DNA from: an uncultured Saprospiraceae bacterium
GTDB taxonomy: Bacteria; Bacteroidota; Bacteroidia; Chitinophagales; Saprospiraceae
DNA: 64,000 nt
NCBI GenBank assembly: GCA_964508085.1
Contig: CAZDTI010000001.1
Location: 74-64,073 of the forward strand
Direction: 5' to 3'
Positions 37,921 to 47,600 of this stretch are shown here, one piece after another. The notes beneath the pieces were generated by a model that ran no database searches, was not told where the DNA came from, and saw nothing but the letters and a program-made list of their open reading frames with translations. Within the stretch, counting starts at the first letter, position 1. Each line of letters opens with the position of its first letter. The position numbers and the translations under genes are program-made.

Positions 37921-40107
37921 CTACTCATTTGGTATTAACTTGACCATCCGGATAACGGCTTGATTCCCTAAGTATACTTTTAATAAATAGCCTCCCGGAG
38001 AAAGTAGCTTTTGTAAGTTGATTTGATGTTGATTCGAATTTATATTGTTATCAGTGAAAACAATAGCCCCTAATGCATCATAGATTTCTACCTTGGTAAT
38101 TGTTTTTTTTGCCTCTAATGTAAGTTGGTTTTGAGTAGGATTGGGGTAAATATAAACCTCCGATTCCTCAGGTTTTAACTCAGTTAGTTCGGTAATAAAA
38201 ATGTTTTGCTGTAAAGTATCTGAGAAACAATCATTGGAGGCAATTAAAGTGATGTTTGTTTCTCCAGATTGATTGTAAGGCGTTTCCAATATCTCATCAG
38301 AAAAGATTGTTCCGTTAGGGAGTACCCAGTGATATTGATTTGCGCTCGTTGAAGTATTAATGCCTGTTAAGATACCTTGCATCCAAGAAAGGCTAAAGCC
38401 AGCTTCAGGTAGGACATTTGGGGTCGTTTGAATGGAAACAATTGGCCCTGAGCTGTGATTAATAAAAGAACCACTCGGAGTTATTTCTTGCTTCACTGCT
38501 TTGACTAAATACTTGATTTGTGTTCCCCCTGCGATACAAGAATCCACAAAATTAGTTTCTGTGATTGGCGAGAGATGAAGTGGTTCGAAGTAGTTCATTC
38601 CCTCCGTTTTTTTATAAACCTGATATCCTTGGATATCCTCCGGACTAGAAGACCAACTCAACTCAACGTGGTTTTCATTTTGAACAGCATTCAAATTAGA
38701 AGGAGGTCGGACAATAAAAGTTTTTAAAGTGGGGTCTCCTAATAAGTTTATAGTAACGAATTTGGCTTGTACGCCAGGATAATATAAGTCTAAATTGTTT
38801 TGAGTCAATAAAGTACAAAATCCCAGATCCATACCTAAACCCATTGGATGAAAGTGCCAACTCGGAGCACCAACCCAAGCCGTGCTAAGCACCTTTCCTG
38901 AAGCCAAGACGGTTCGAAGAAAATTATTTTCATTATCAAAATCTCCATAGGTAGAGCCAAAGAAACCAGTAAAAATGACTTGATAATTGTTGTCTGCAAA
39001 AGTGTTTATATCTCCAAGGCCAAAAGCACCAAACATATATCCGGCTGATCCGAAGTATGACCAAAGGTAAGGTTCTTCGAAGCCTGCCATTATTTCATCA
39101 TATACTATACTATCATTAGATACGATCGGAACAAAACTCCTTATCGCGTTTTGTCCCAGTCCCTCAGCCCAAGGGCTTATATTCCTGAAAATTGCACGTT
39201 TTCTAACCTGATAATCTCCTGTCCGGAAAGCAATGTTTTTTTCTAGATAGTTGTCTAGGAGCTCATATTCATTAAGGTCAAAAACAGGAAGTTCAGAAAA
39301 GTCCATACGACCCACAGCTAATTCGACATTGCTGGGAATAGAATCCTGATCAAATTTTCCATCACCCGGGACATTATGAACACTTGGATAAATACTCGTA
39401 TTATTATTGACCGTTTCATCTGTCCAAACACCATCTATATCACCATAAAAAGCATCTGCCGGCCAAGCACCTTTATGATTACTGTGACCGTCAGGTGTGA
39501 TATTACCCGAATGTGGGACGGCAATATTTCCCATTAACAGAACTGCGGAGAGAGAATCACGAGTGGTATAATTTTCTAGTATCAAGGACTTGATTTCCTG
39601 AACAGAAGACTCTTCAGCAACAGGGAGCAGCCAAGGGATCCATCCTTCTGAGGTCAAAACATCCATGTAAGTACTAATGTTATCTTCAACAAAGGTAGCG
39701 GCTGTTGAGTCTATTACTATCAGTATATCTCCCTTTTTCTGTGGAGGTAAATAATTTACACCCGATAGTAAATAGCCATAGCCGACGGTATCTCCAGTTA
39801 CTTTTACAATTCGATATTCATATAAATTTCCCTCTTCAATATTGGTATCAACAAAGCTGGTATCTTGATCGCCTGTGACAATAAGAGGTGTTCCCCAGTC
39901 CGTGTCTTGTGGTAATTTTTTATAAAGACTATAGGTATTTACATCAATATCATCCCACCATTGAATCCGTAAGCTGAGAGGTTGCTCACTAGCTAAGGCA
40001 GTCATTTTTACCGTTTTTAGCGTATCAAATATAACTTGTCCCTTGCAGGTAACTTGAGACAAAAAGCTTAAAGTGATTATCCAAAATACATTTTTTAGAA
40101 TAGTCAT
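37921..40107 (-). CDS. secreted T9SS type A cargo protein with FN3-like and PKD-like modules; N-terminal catalytic-looking domain unassigned
   Basis: Signal peptide. C-terminus VYIYPNPTQNQLTLEA...GGYLLKVYLGNQAVIRMVKLI. FN3-like PSNLNAVQNENHVELSWSS. A possible C25-like peptidase region could not be confirmed. Confidence 0.55.
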   Translation of the reverse strand: MTILKNVFWIITLSFLSQVTCKGQVIFDTLKTVKMTALASEQPLSLRIQWWDDIDVNTYSLYKKLPQDTDWGTPLIVTGDQDTSFVDTNIEEGNLYEYRIVKVTGDTVGYGYLLSGVNYLPPQKKGDILIVIDSTAATFVEDNISTYMDVLTSEGWIPWLLPVAEESSVQEIKSLILENYTTRDSLSAVLLMGNIAVPHSGNITPDGHSNHKGAWPADAFYGDIDGVWTDETVNNNTSIYPSVHNVPGDGKFDQDSIPSNVELAVGRMDFSELPVFDLNEYELLDNYLEKNIAFRTGDYQVRKRAIFRNISPWAEGLGQNAIRSFVPIVSNDSIVYDEIMAGFEEPYLWSYFGSAGYMFGAFGLGDINTFADNNYQVIFTGFFGSTYGDFDNENNFLRTVLASGKVLSTAWVGAPSWHFHPMGLGMDLGFCTLLTQNNLDLYYPGVQAKFVTINLLGDPTLKTFIVRPPSNLNAVQNENHVELSWSSSPEDIQGYQVYKKTEGMNYFEPLHLSPITETNFVDSCIAGGTQIKYLVKAVKQEITPSGSFINHSSGPIVSIQTTPNVLPEAGFSLSWMQGILTGINTSTSANQYHWVLPNGTIFSDEILETPYNQSGETNITLIASNDCFSDTLQQNIFITELTELKPEESEVYIYPNPTQNQLTLEAKKTITKVEIYDALGAIVFTDNNINSNQHQINLQKLLSPGGYLLKVYLGNQAVIRMVKLIPNE

Positions 40108-40234
40108 AAGGCGGAAAGTTAAGTAGGAAACGGTTAGTGGTTTATAATTAAAAGAGTTAGCCTCTAATGGGAGCGTAAAAAAGATAACAGTGTATGGCAG
40201 AAGTTTTTAGCGATTTGTTAATCAGCATAGTAGC

Positions 40235-41341
40235 TTAGACCCTTGCTGAAATATCGATTGGTGCTTCCTTTGTAGTCGCCTTTACCTTATTCAAAAAGTT
40301 ATATGGCCCTTTAGCATCGCCAGAAATATTTTCAATGGCAATTTTTTGCCCTAAACCAAGATTTTGGGCATACTTCATAAATAGGTTTAAGACGACTTGA
40401 TCCTCTAGTGCCCAGCCAGTGGAATCAAAAACAGTACACTGTTCTTTTATGTGTTGGGATTGATCTTCGTCTTTAAGTAAATCTGTCAAATTAGCTCCTA
40501 CATCCTCAGAAGACAATTGCTGGCATTCTCCCTCTATTAATGCCTGTTCTAAAAAGTCGACACAAACGAAGCTCTTTTTCAAAAGCTCAAGGGGTAATTC
40601 TGTTTTACCGGGAAAATCAGAACCAACAGCATTTATATGTATATGTTTTTTAGATTCAATATTGGAAAATAATGGACCTTCATCAACTTCTATGGAAGTT
40701 GCCGTACATAAGATATCTGATGAGGAAACAATCTCAGCAATTGTACTCTTCACAATAGTAAGGTTCAAATCCAGACTTGAAATACGGTTTTCAAAAGAAT
40801 TTAAGATGCTTTCATCAATATCATAAATTAATACTTTTTTGATAGGAAATAGTCTTGCAATTCCATGGAGCTGTGTAATAGATTGTGCGCCACAACCAAT
40901 CAAACCAAGTACAGCGCTTTCTGGATGAGCCATTGCTTTTGTCGCAACTGCTGATGCCGCCGCTGTTCTTAGAGCCGTTGTTAAAACACCATCCATAATA
41001 ACCTCTAAGTGACCAGTAGCAGAATCATACGAAGAGATGGTAGAAATAATAGTAGGAAGGTTTTTTAAAATCGGATTATGTGGATGATAACCAACCACCT
41101 TTATAACGATTTGACCGCCATGTTGATATACAGGCATCCACTCAATTAAACCAGTTTGGGGATGCTCATAATTGAATCCAGATCTTGCAGGAATAGATAT
41201 GCTTTTAGAATCATATGCTTTTATAGCAGTGTATAGCTCCTTAATAAGTTCGTCCATTACATGGTTTATGCCATAGTGAAGGATTATGTTTTGGATATCA
41301 TCTTTGGATAAAACGAGTGTGTGGGTTTTTGATAATTTCAT
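40235..41341 (-). CDS. ornithine cyclodeaminase / mu-crystallin family enzyme
   Basis: 368 aa. Rossmann motif LGLIGCGAQSITQL. Family-typical TALRTAAASAVATK segment. Confidence 0.8.
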   Translation of the reverse strand: MKLSKTHTLVLSKDDIQNIILHYGINHVMDELIKELYTAIKAYDSKSISIPARSGFNYEHPQTGLIEWMPVYQHGGQIVIKVVGYHPHNPILKNLPTIISTISSYDSATGHLEVIMDGVLTTALRTAAASAVATKAMAHPESAVLGLIGCGAQSITQLHGIARLFPIKKVLIYDIDESILNSFENRISSLDLNLTIVKSTIAEIVSSSDILCTATSIEVDEGPLFSNIESKKHIHINAVGSDFPGKTELPLELLKKSFVCVDFLEQALIEGECQQLSSEDVGANLTDLLKDEDQSQHIKEQCTVFDSTGWALEDQVVLNLFMKYAQNLGLGQKIAIENISGDAKGPYNFLNKVKATTKEAPIDISARV

Positions 41342-41593
41342 TATATTGTATAAGTGAAAGGAATTACAATTGTATTGTTATTTATTTTTTTTTCAAACTG
41401 TTTGGAAATAAATCTAACTATTGGTGATAAATATAATACATTTGTCAACTATAGATTAACTAATTTAGCGGTTTGCTCTTATTATAAATTCCTTTTTTAA
41501 AAAAATGTTTAAGATACCATCGGAAAACTACAATTAATATTAACAAAACAAGAAAAGGAGAAACTATTATGGCTGCTAGTTGCTATAATTATA

Positions 41594-43294
41594 ATGGCAA
41601 TATTAGAAGTTGTTGGTATCGCGTCCATTCTACCTTTCATGCACTTGGCTGCTAATCCTGATATGATTACAGAAAACGAGTGGCTTTTCTGGATTTATAA
41701 TCTTTTGGGTTTCGAGTCTTATACTTCCATGCTTATTTTTACAGGTGTGGCAATGTTGGTTTTTCTTACACTTGCAAATTTATTTAGAGCTTTCACAGCT
41801 TGGCTACAATATAAAGTAGCTTGGGATACTGCTCATAACATAAGCTCGAGATTGTTTCACGCTTATCTTAAACGACCATACAGTTTTTTTTTAAACAAGA
41901 ATTCTTCTGACTTGCAAGCAAAAATCGTGATGGAAGTTGGGCAGGTCTGCACCAGTATTTTAATTCCTTTAGGAGAAATAATAGCGCGATCACTAGTCGT
42001 ACTTGTAATATTCTGTTTATTACTTTACTTCGATGCCAAAACCGCTTTAATTATTGTAGGTGTTCTTGGTTCAGGTTATACCATTGCTTTTTTATTACGG
42101 AAAGGACTGCTGGAAAAATTAGGAGAGGATCGAATTCAAGTCAATCTTGCACGTTTCCGCAGCATGGCAGAAGCATTAACTGGTATTAAAACAACAAAAG
42201 TTTATCAGGCAAAGGATTATTTCTTTGATCGTTTTGAAACGGCATCAAAAAGATATAGCGAGATCCAACCTCGTGTTCAAGTTATATCTATTATTCCCAA
42301 ATCTCTTATTGAGATAATTGCCTTCGGAGGCATCATTGGCGTAATGATTTATCTTATTGCCATTGGGAATGATTTGCAAAGTGCATTACCTATGCTCAGT
42401 TTATTTGCAGTTTCCGGTTATAGGCTATTACCTTCACTTCAAATACTTTTTATGGCCGCAACAAAAGTTCGACATACCTTGCCAGTGCTTGATTCTATTT
42501 ATGATGATTTAACGTATCAACTTTCTGAAAAGCAAAAAGAGCAAAGTGAAATTATTATTCCGGAATTTGAAAAAGCCATTACAATAGATGTTGAAGCGTT
42601 TTATTATGAAGGAAGTGATCAAATAATTCTGAAAAATCTAAACCTAGAGCTAAGAAAAGGACAAACAATTGCTTTTGTCGGATCAACAGGATCAGGGAAA
42701 TCTACTATAATCGACCTTTTAGTTGGTTTAATTGATTTGGAAAAAGGTCATGTTCTAATTGATGAAGTGCCCTTAAGTACTTCAAACGCTGACGGTTGGT
42801 TCAATCAAATTGGATATGTTCAACAAGATGTTTTCCTATTTGATGAATCCATAAAAAGAAATATTGCAATAGGAGTACCTTTAGAAGAGATAGATATGGA
42901 TCGGTTGATCTTCGCTTCTCAACAAGCTAACATCTATGATTTTATTATTTCGGAATTACCAGAAGGTTACGAAACAAGAGTAGGGGAAAGAGGCGTTCGT
43001 CTGAGTGGTGGACAGTTACAAAGAATCGGAATAGCCAGAGCCTTATACCGAAATCCTAAAGTCTTGATTTTAGATGAAGCAACAAGTGCTTTGGATGGAG
43101 TAACAGAGAGTAAAGTTATAGAATCACTAAAGGAATTATCAATAACGATGATCATTATTGCTCATCGGCTATCTACAATTAAACATGTTGATTACATCTA
43201 CCTTTTAGAGGAAGGGAAGGTTGTTGCAAAAGGTTCTTACGAAGAACTAGTAACAAACAATACCATATTCAGAGAAATGGTAGAATTTTCTTAG
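41594..43294 (+). CDS. ABC exporter, fused TMD-NBD (MsbA-like); the true start is probably upstream
   Basis: Walker A GSTGSGKST. Signature LSGGQLQR. Walker B ILILDEATSALD. Six TM helices. The frame stays open upstream to 41513 and encodes the missing half of TM1. Confidence 0.85.
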   Translation: MAILEVVGIASILPFMHLAANPDMITENEWLFWIYNLLGFESYTSMLIFTGVAMLVFLTLANLFRAFTAWLQYKVAWDTAHNISSRLFHAYLKRPYSFFLNKNSSDLQAKIVMEVGQVCTSILIPLGEIIARSLVVLVIFCLLLYFDAKTALIIVGVLGSGYTIAFLLRKGLLEKLGEDRIQVNLARFRSMAEALTGIKTTKVYQAKDYFFDRFETASKRYSEIQPRVQVISIIPKSLIEIIAFGGIIGVMIYLIAIGNDLQSALPMLSLFAVSGYRLLPSLQILFMAATKVRHTLPVLDSIYDDLTYQLSEKQKEQSEIIIPEFEKAITIDVEAFYYEGSDQIILKNLNLELRKGQTIAFVGSTGSGKSTIIDLLVGLIDLEKGHVLIDEVPLSTSNADGWFNQIGYVQQDVFLFDESIKRNIAIGVPLEEIDMDRLIFASQQANIYDFIISELPEGYETRVGERGVRLSGGQLQRIGIARALYRNPKVLILDEATSALDGVTESKVIESLKELSITMIIIAHRLSTIKHVDYIYLLEEGKVVAKGSYEELVTNNTIFREMVEFS

Positions 43295-43313
43295 AACAAA
43301 CAAACAATACTTA

Positions 43314-44597
43314 ATGAAAAAGCACACACACCTTCTTCTTATACTTTGTATAATATTTATGGCTATCCCAAAATGGTCCAATGGGCATGCACCTGATCAG
43401 AGCTACATCTTTCTGAAAGTCTTTGAAAATTCTATTAGTGGCCTCGTAGAATTAGAAGTTGATGATGTGAATAATGCATTGGGCTTAGAATTGAAAAAAG
43501 GGATTACTCCAGAAGAGTTAGAACCTTATGCTGATCAGATAAAAGGATATATTTTAGAACGACTTGCTTTTAGCACAGGAGGTAAAGACATAAGTATTAG
43601 CTTCACTGAAATTGGTTCATTGGAGTTAGAACTAGGAACTTACTGCCAATTTAGATTCGACTTGGAAGGGTTGTCTACGGTTCCGGATGATATTGATGTA
43701 AAATACAACGCAGTATTTGATAATGATCCCAAGCATCAGGGGATGCTCGTCATAGAGTACAATTGGAAAGCCGGTATTATGAATAATGAAGCTTTAGTTT
43801 CTTTAGTATTCTCTTCTTCCAATACCAAACAAAACTTAGACTTAACAGACGGCTCTCTATTAAAAGGTTTCTTAACCATGATCTGGTTGGGGATATGGCA
43901 TATTTTCATCGGAACAGATCATATTTTATTTTTGCTTGCCTTATTATTGCCAGCTGTAGTTTATCGATTTCAAAACGATGACAATGTGGAGCGGCATTAT
44001 GAATCGGTTACCTTACCAGGGTTTGGAACCTTCAATAACTGGAACCCAGTCGGAAAATTTAAGCCAGCAGTGCTATATGTTTTAGTAATTGTCAGCTTTT
44101 TTACTATTTCTCATTGCATAACGCTAACCTTAGCAGCATTCGAAATTGTTGTGCTTCCATCAAGGCTCGTGGAATCTATAATCGCAATCTCCATCGCATT
44201 GGCTGCAATTCATAATATTCGACCCCTGTTCAAAAGAGACTGGCTGATCGCTTTTGGTTTCGGTTTTTTCCACGGTTTTGGTTTTGCAAGCGTTCTGGGG
44301 GATATCGGTTTAAAAGGAGAATACATGGCCCTCTCTTTGTTGGGCTTTAATATTGGTGTTGAGCTGGGACAAATTGTCATTATTTGTATTTTCTTCCCAA
44401 TATTATACCTTTTGAAAGACTCAAAAAATTACTCAAAAATATTGGTATATGGGTCTGTTTTGCTAATCCTGATTTCCTTATACTGGTTTGTTGAAAGAGC
44501 CTTTGACTACGACATGCCAATAGATGATTTCATAAGTGATTTTATTGATAGAGTAATCAAAAAAATTAAAATGCTGATGGGAATTGAAATAAAGTAG
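43314..44597 (+). CDS. HupE/UreJ-family metal permease fused to a ~190-aa N-terminal periplasmic domain
   Basis: Signal peptide followed by GHAPDQS. HxxxGxDH signature in WHIFIGTDHILFLLALLLP. Later motif FGFFHGFGFASVLG. Confidence 0.65.
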   Translation: MKKHTHLLLILCIIFMAIPKWSNGHAPDQSYIFLKVFENSISGLVELEVDDVNNALGLELKKGITPEELEPYADQIKGYILERLAFSTGGKDISISFTEIGSLELELGTYCQFRFDLEGLSTVPDDIDVKYNAVFDNDPKHQGMLVIEYNWKAGIMNNEALVSLVFSSSNTKQNLDLTDGSLLKGFLTMIWLGIWHIFIGTDHILFLLALLLPAVVYRFQNDDNVERHYESVTLPGFGTFNNWNPVGKFKPAVLYVLVIVSFFTISHCITLTLAAFEIVVLPSRLVESIIAISIALAAIHNIRPLFKRDWLIAFGFGFFHGFGFASVLGDIGLKGEYMALSLLGFNIGVELGQIVIICIFFPILYLLKDSKNYSKILVYGSVLLILISLYWFVERAFDYDMPIDDFISDFIDRVIKKIKMLMGIEIK

Positions 44598-44653
44598 TTT
44601 GGCTAAAATACTTTAAGTGATGTCCACGTACATAAAATTAGAATTAATATAAA

Positions 44654-47600
44654 ATGTCAAAATTTGAGAAGAGCAATGACTTGCTTAAACGATGGCGCAG
44701 TCGAAATAAAAATACTGGGGTAGAGAGGAAGGAAAAAGGGATAAACATTTCTTCAAAACCAACGGAATCACCAGCCCTACTATCCTCTGGGCAACAGCGA
44801 CTGTGGTTTTTACAAGAACTATTCTCAGATAATCCTTTTTACCACTATGCCGACGTCTATACCTTAAAAGGAAAACTCAATGAAGCTATTTTAATTAAAA
44901 GCTTTGAGTTTGTTGTACAAAGACATTCGATCCTTAGAACTACCTTTCATTTTGAAGGAGAAAGCTGTACACAAAGAATCCACGAGAAAGCGGTTTTTGA
45001 TTATGGCTTCATCGATTTAAGCCAAGATTCAGAGGGCTCGAAAGAACAAAAATCAGATGCCCTCCTTAGAGAAAAAGCACAGGTTTTCTTCGACCTGACT
45101 GAGGGGCCACTCCTCCGAGTAACTCTGGTTAAAATGACGGAACTCAAACACAAGTTGGCAATCACCATGCACCATATTGTTACCGATAAATGGTCAATGA
45201 AAATTCTACGAGAAGAACTTGCTTTCGCTTACAATGAATTTTCTGATGGAAGAAAACCATCTCTGAATCCTCTTCCTTTTCAATACGAAGACTACGCGTA
45301 CTGGCAACAAGGTAAAACCATTGACCCGCTACAAATAGCTTATTGGAGGGATAAGTTAAAGGACTGTAGTCCCAACATTAAATTGTTTCATCAAAACCAA
45401 CCTAGAAAAGAAACAACTTACAAAGGAGCTTTCCTCAGCCAAAAATTCACACCGGACTTATCGGAAAAACTGAAAAATTTAAGCGCTAAAACGAATACAA
45501 CTTTATTCGTTTTACTGCTCACTATTTATAAGCTGTTACTTCACCGCTATTCCGGACAAGAGGACATCTTAGTTGGTACGCCATTTACAAATAGAAATCA
45601 AAGTGTCCTTGAAAAGCTAATTGGTTTCTTCAACGATACCTTAGTTCTTCGATCTGACTTCAGTGGAGAGCTTACCTTTACTGAATTATTAAAAGAGATT
45701 CGGCAAACTGTATTAGATGCTTTTACCAACAAAGATGTACCCTTCGAAACAATAGTCGATACTATAAAACCTGAGCGATACCTCAGCTCAAATCCATTAT
45801 TTCAAGTCATGTTCTTATTCCATAAAGTCCCAGAAAATCCCAAAATGGGACAGGGAATAGAAATCGAATACGAACCCTTTGATATTGGCATTTGTAAATT
45901 TGATCTGACCTTATATATTGCTGAAGCTAAAGATCATATTTCAGCGACTATCGAGTACTCTTTGGACTTGTTTGATGAACCCACTATCCAAAGAATGCAA
46001 GGTCATTTTCTACATTTATTGGAACAAGTCATTGAAAACCCAAATCAGAAAATATCAGAACTTCAACTGATTACAGCAGCGGAAAGAAGCCAGCAATTAA
46101 AAAATTGGAACAGTACGCGAATCGAGAAATCTGAGGTCGTAGCCATTCATCATTTCTTTGAAAAGTATGCAAAAGCAACACCTGAGGCTACAGCATTAAA
46201 ATTCTTAGATCAATCGTATTCTTACAAAGAGCTTGACGAAAAGGCCTCTTATATTGCAAAAGGATTGGTGGCTGCCGGTGTTGGCTCTAACATTCCTGTT
46301 GGGATATGTGCAGAAAGATCAATGGAAATGATTGTAGGTGTACTGGCCATATTAAAAGCTGGAGGAGTTTATTTACCAATTGACCCCGAATATCCCTCCG
46401 AAAGGATCACCTTTATGCTGGAGCAAGCAGAAGTGCCTTTTGTACTAACGCAAGTAGACCAAACAGAGAATTTTCTAGACAACAATACAGAAATTCTTAC
46501 ATTCCAAGAATTGTATGACGCGGTTTATGACGATAGTACTCTAGTAATTACTGAAGAAAATAAACCTTCAGATCTTGCATACATTATATACACTTCTGGA
46601 AGTGTTGGCAAACCAAAAGCAGTCGCTGTTAGCCATGAGAATATTGTGCATTCTACCAGCGCACGGTTTTCATATTACGATGATCAACCCAAGTCTTTTT
46701 TACTGTTATCTTCTTTTGCTTTTGATAGTTCGATGGTAGGTATTTTTTGGACACTCTGCTCTGGTGGAACTTTAGTTATTGCTGAGAAGAAAGTAGAACA
46801 GAATATGCAAGACTTGAGTAGCCTGTTTTCAAAGTATCAAACAACTCATACTTTATTACTACCTTCTCTATACGCATTGTTACTGGAGCAAGGTGTGAAA
46901 AAAGAGCTAGCAAGTTTAAACACAGTTATTGTAGCTGGAGAAGAATGCACAAGTCGGTTGTGCAGCCATCATTTTGAGCGCCTTCCAGCGGTTAAACTCT
47001 ACAATGAATATGGGCCAACAGAGGCAAGTGTCTGGTGTACTGCGCATCGAATAACTAAGGAAGATGTAGAGAGCCCCGTTCCTATAGGTCGCCCAATTCC
47101 TAATATGGAAATTTTTATCCTGGACAAAAATATGTCCTTAGTTCCCATTGGAGTTGTAGGAGAACTTTATGTAGGAGGCGTTGGTGTAACAAAAGGATAT
47201 TTAAATAGGCCAGATTTGACAGAAGAGCGCTTTTTGAACCATCCTTTTAATAATGGAAGTAAGAATAAGGTATATAAAACAGGAGATTTAGCAGTCTATC
47301 GGCCTGATGGTCTTATTGACTTTTTAGGCCGTGTAGACCATCAGGTAAAAATTAGAGGACATCGAATTGAGTTGGCAGAAATTCAAAAAACAATGCTTTT
47401 ACACCCTGCGATAGATGATGTTGTTGTAATGTTGTTAAAGCAAAAACAGGATCAAGGATATACCACAAAACGAATAGGAGCATATTATACTATAAATAAA
47501 GATTTGGAATCTAAGGAATTGAAAGGTTTCATTAAATCTCGTCTACCGGCTTACATGTTACCTGCGGCTTTTTTTCAACTTCCAAAGTTTCCGAAACTTC

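Noticed and set aside
37921-40107. Assigning the T9SS cargo protein as a C25 (gingipain-like) peptidase that matures the NRPS product
   Set aside because: I could not identify a convincing His/Cys catalytic dyad by eye. Only the sorting domain and the Ig-like modules are clear.
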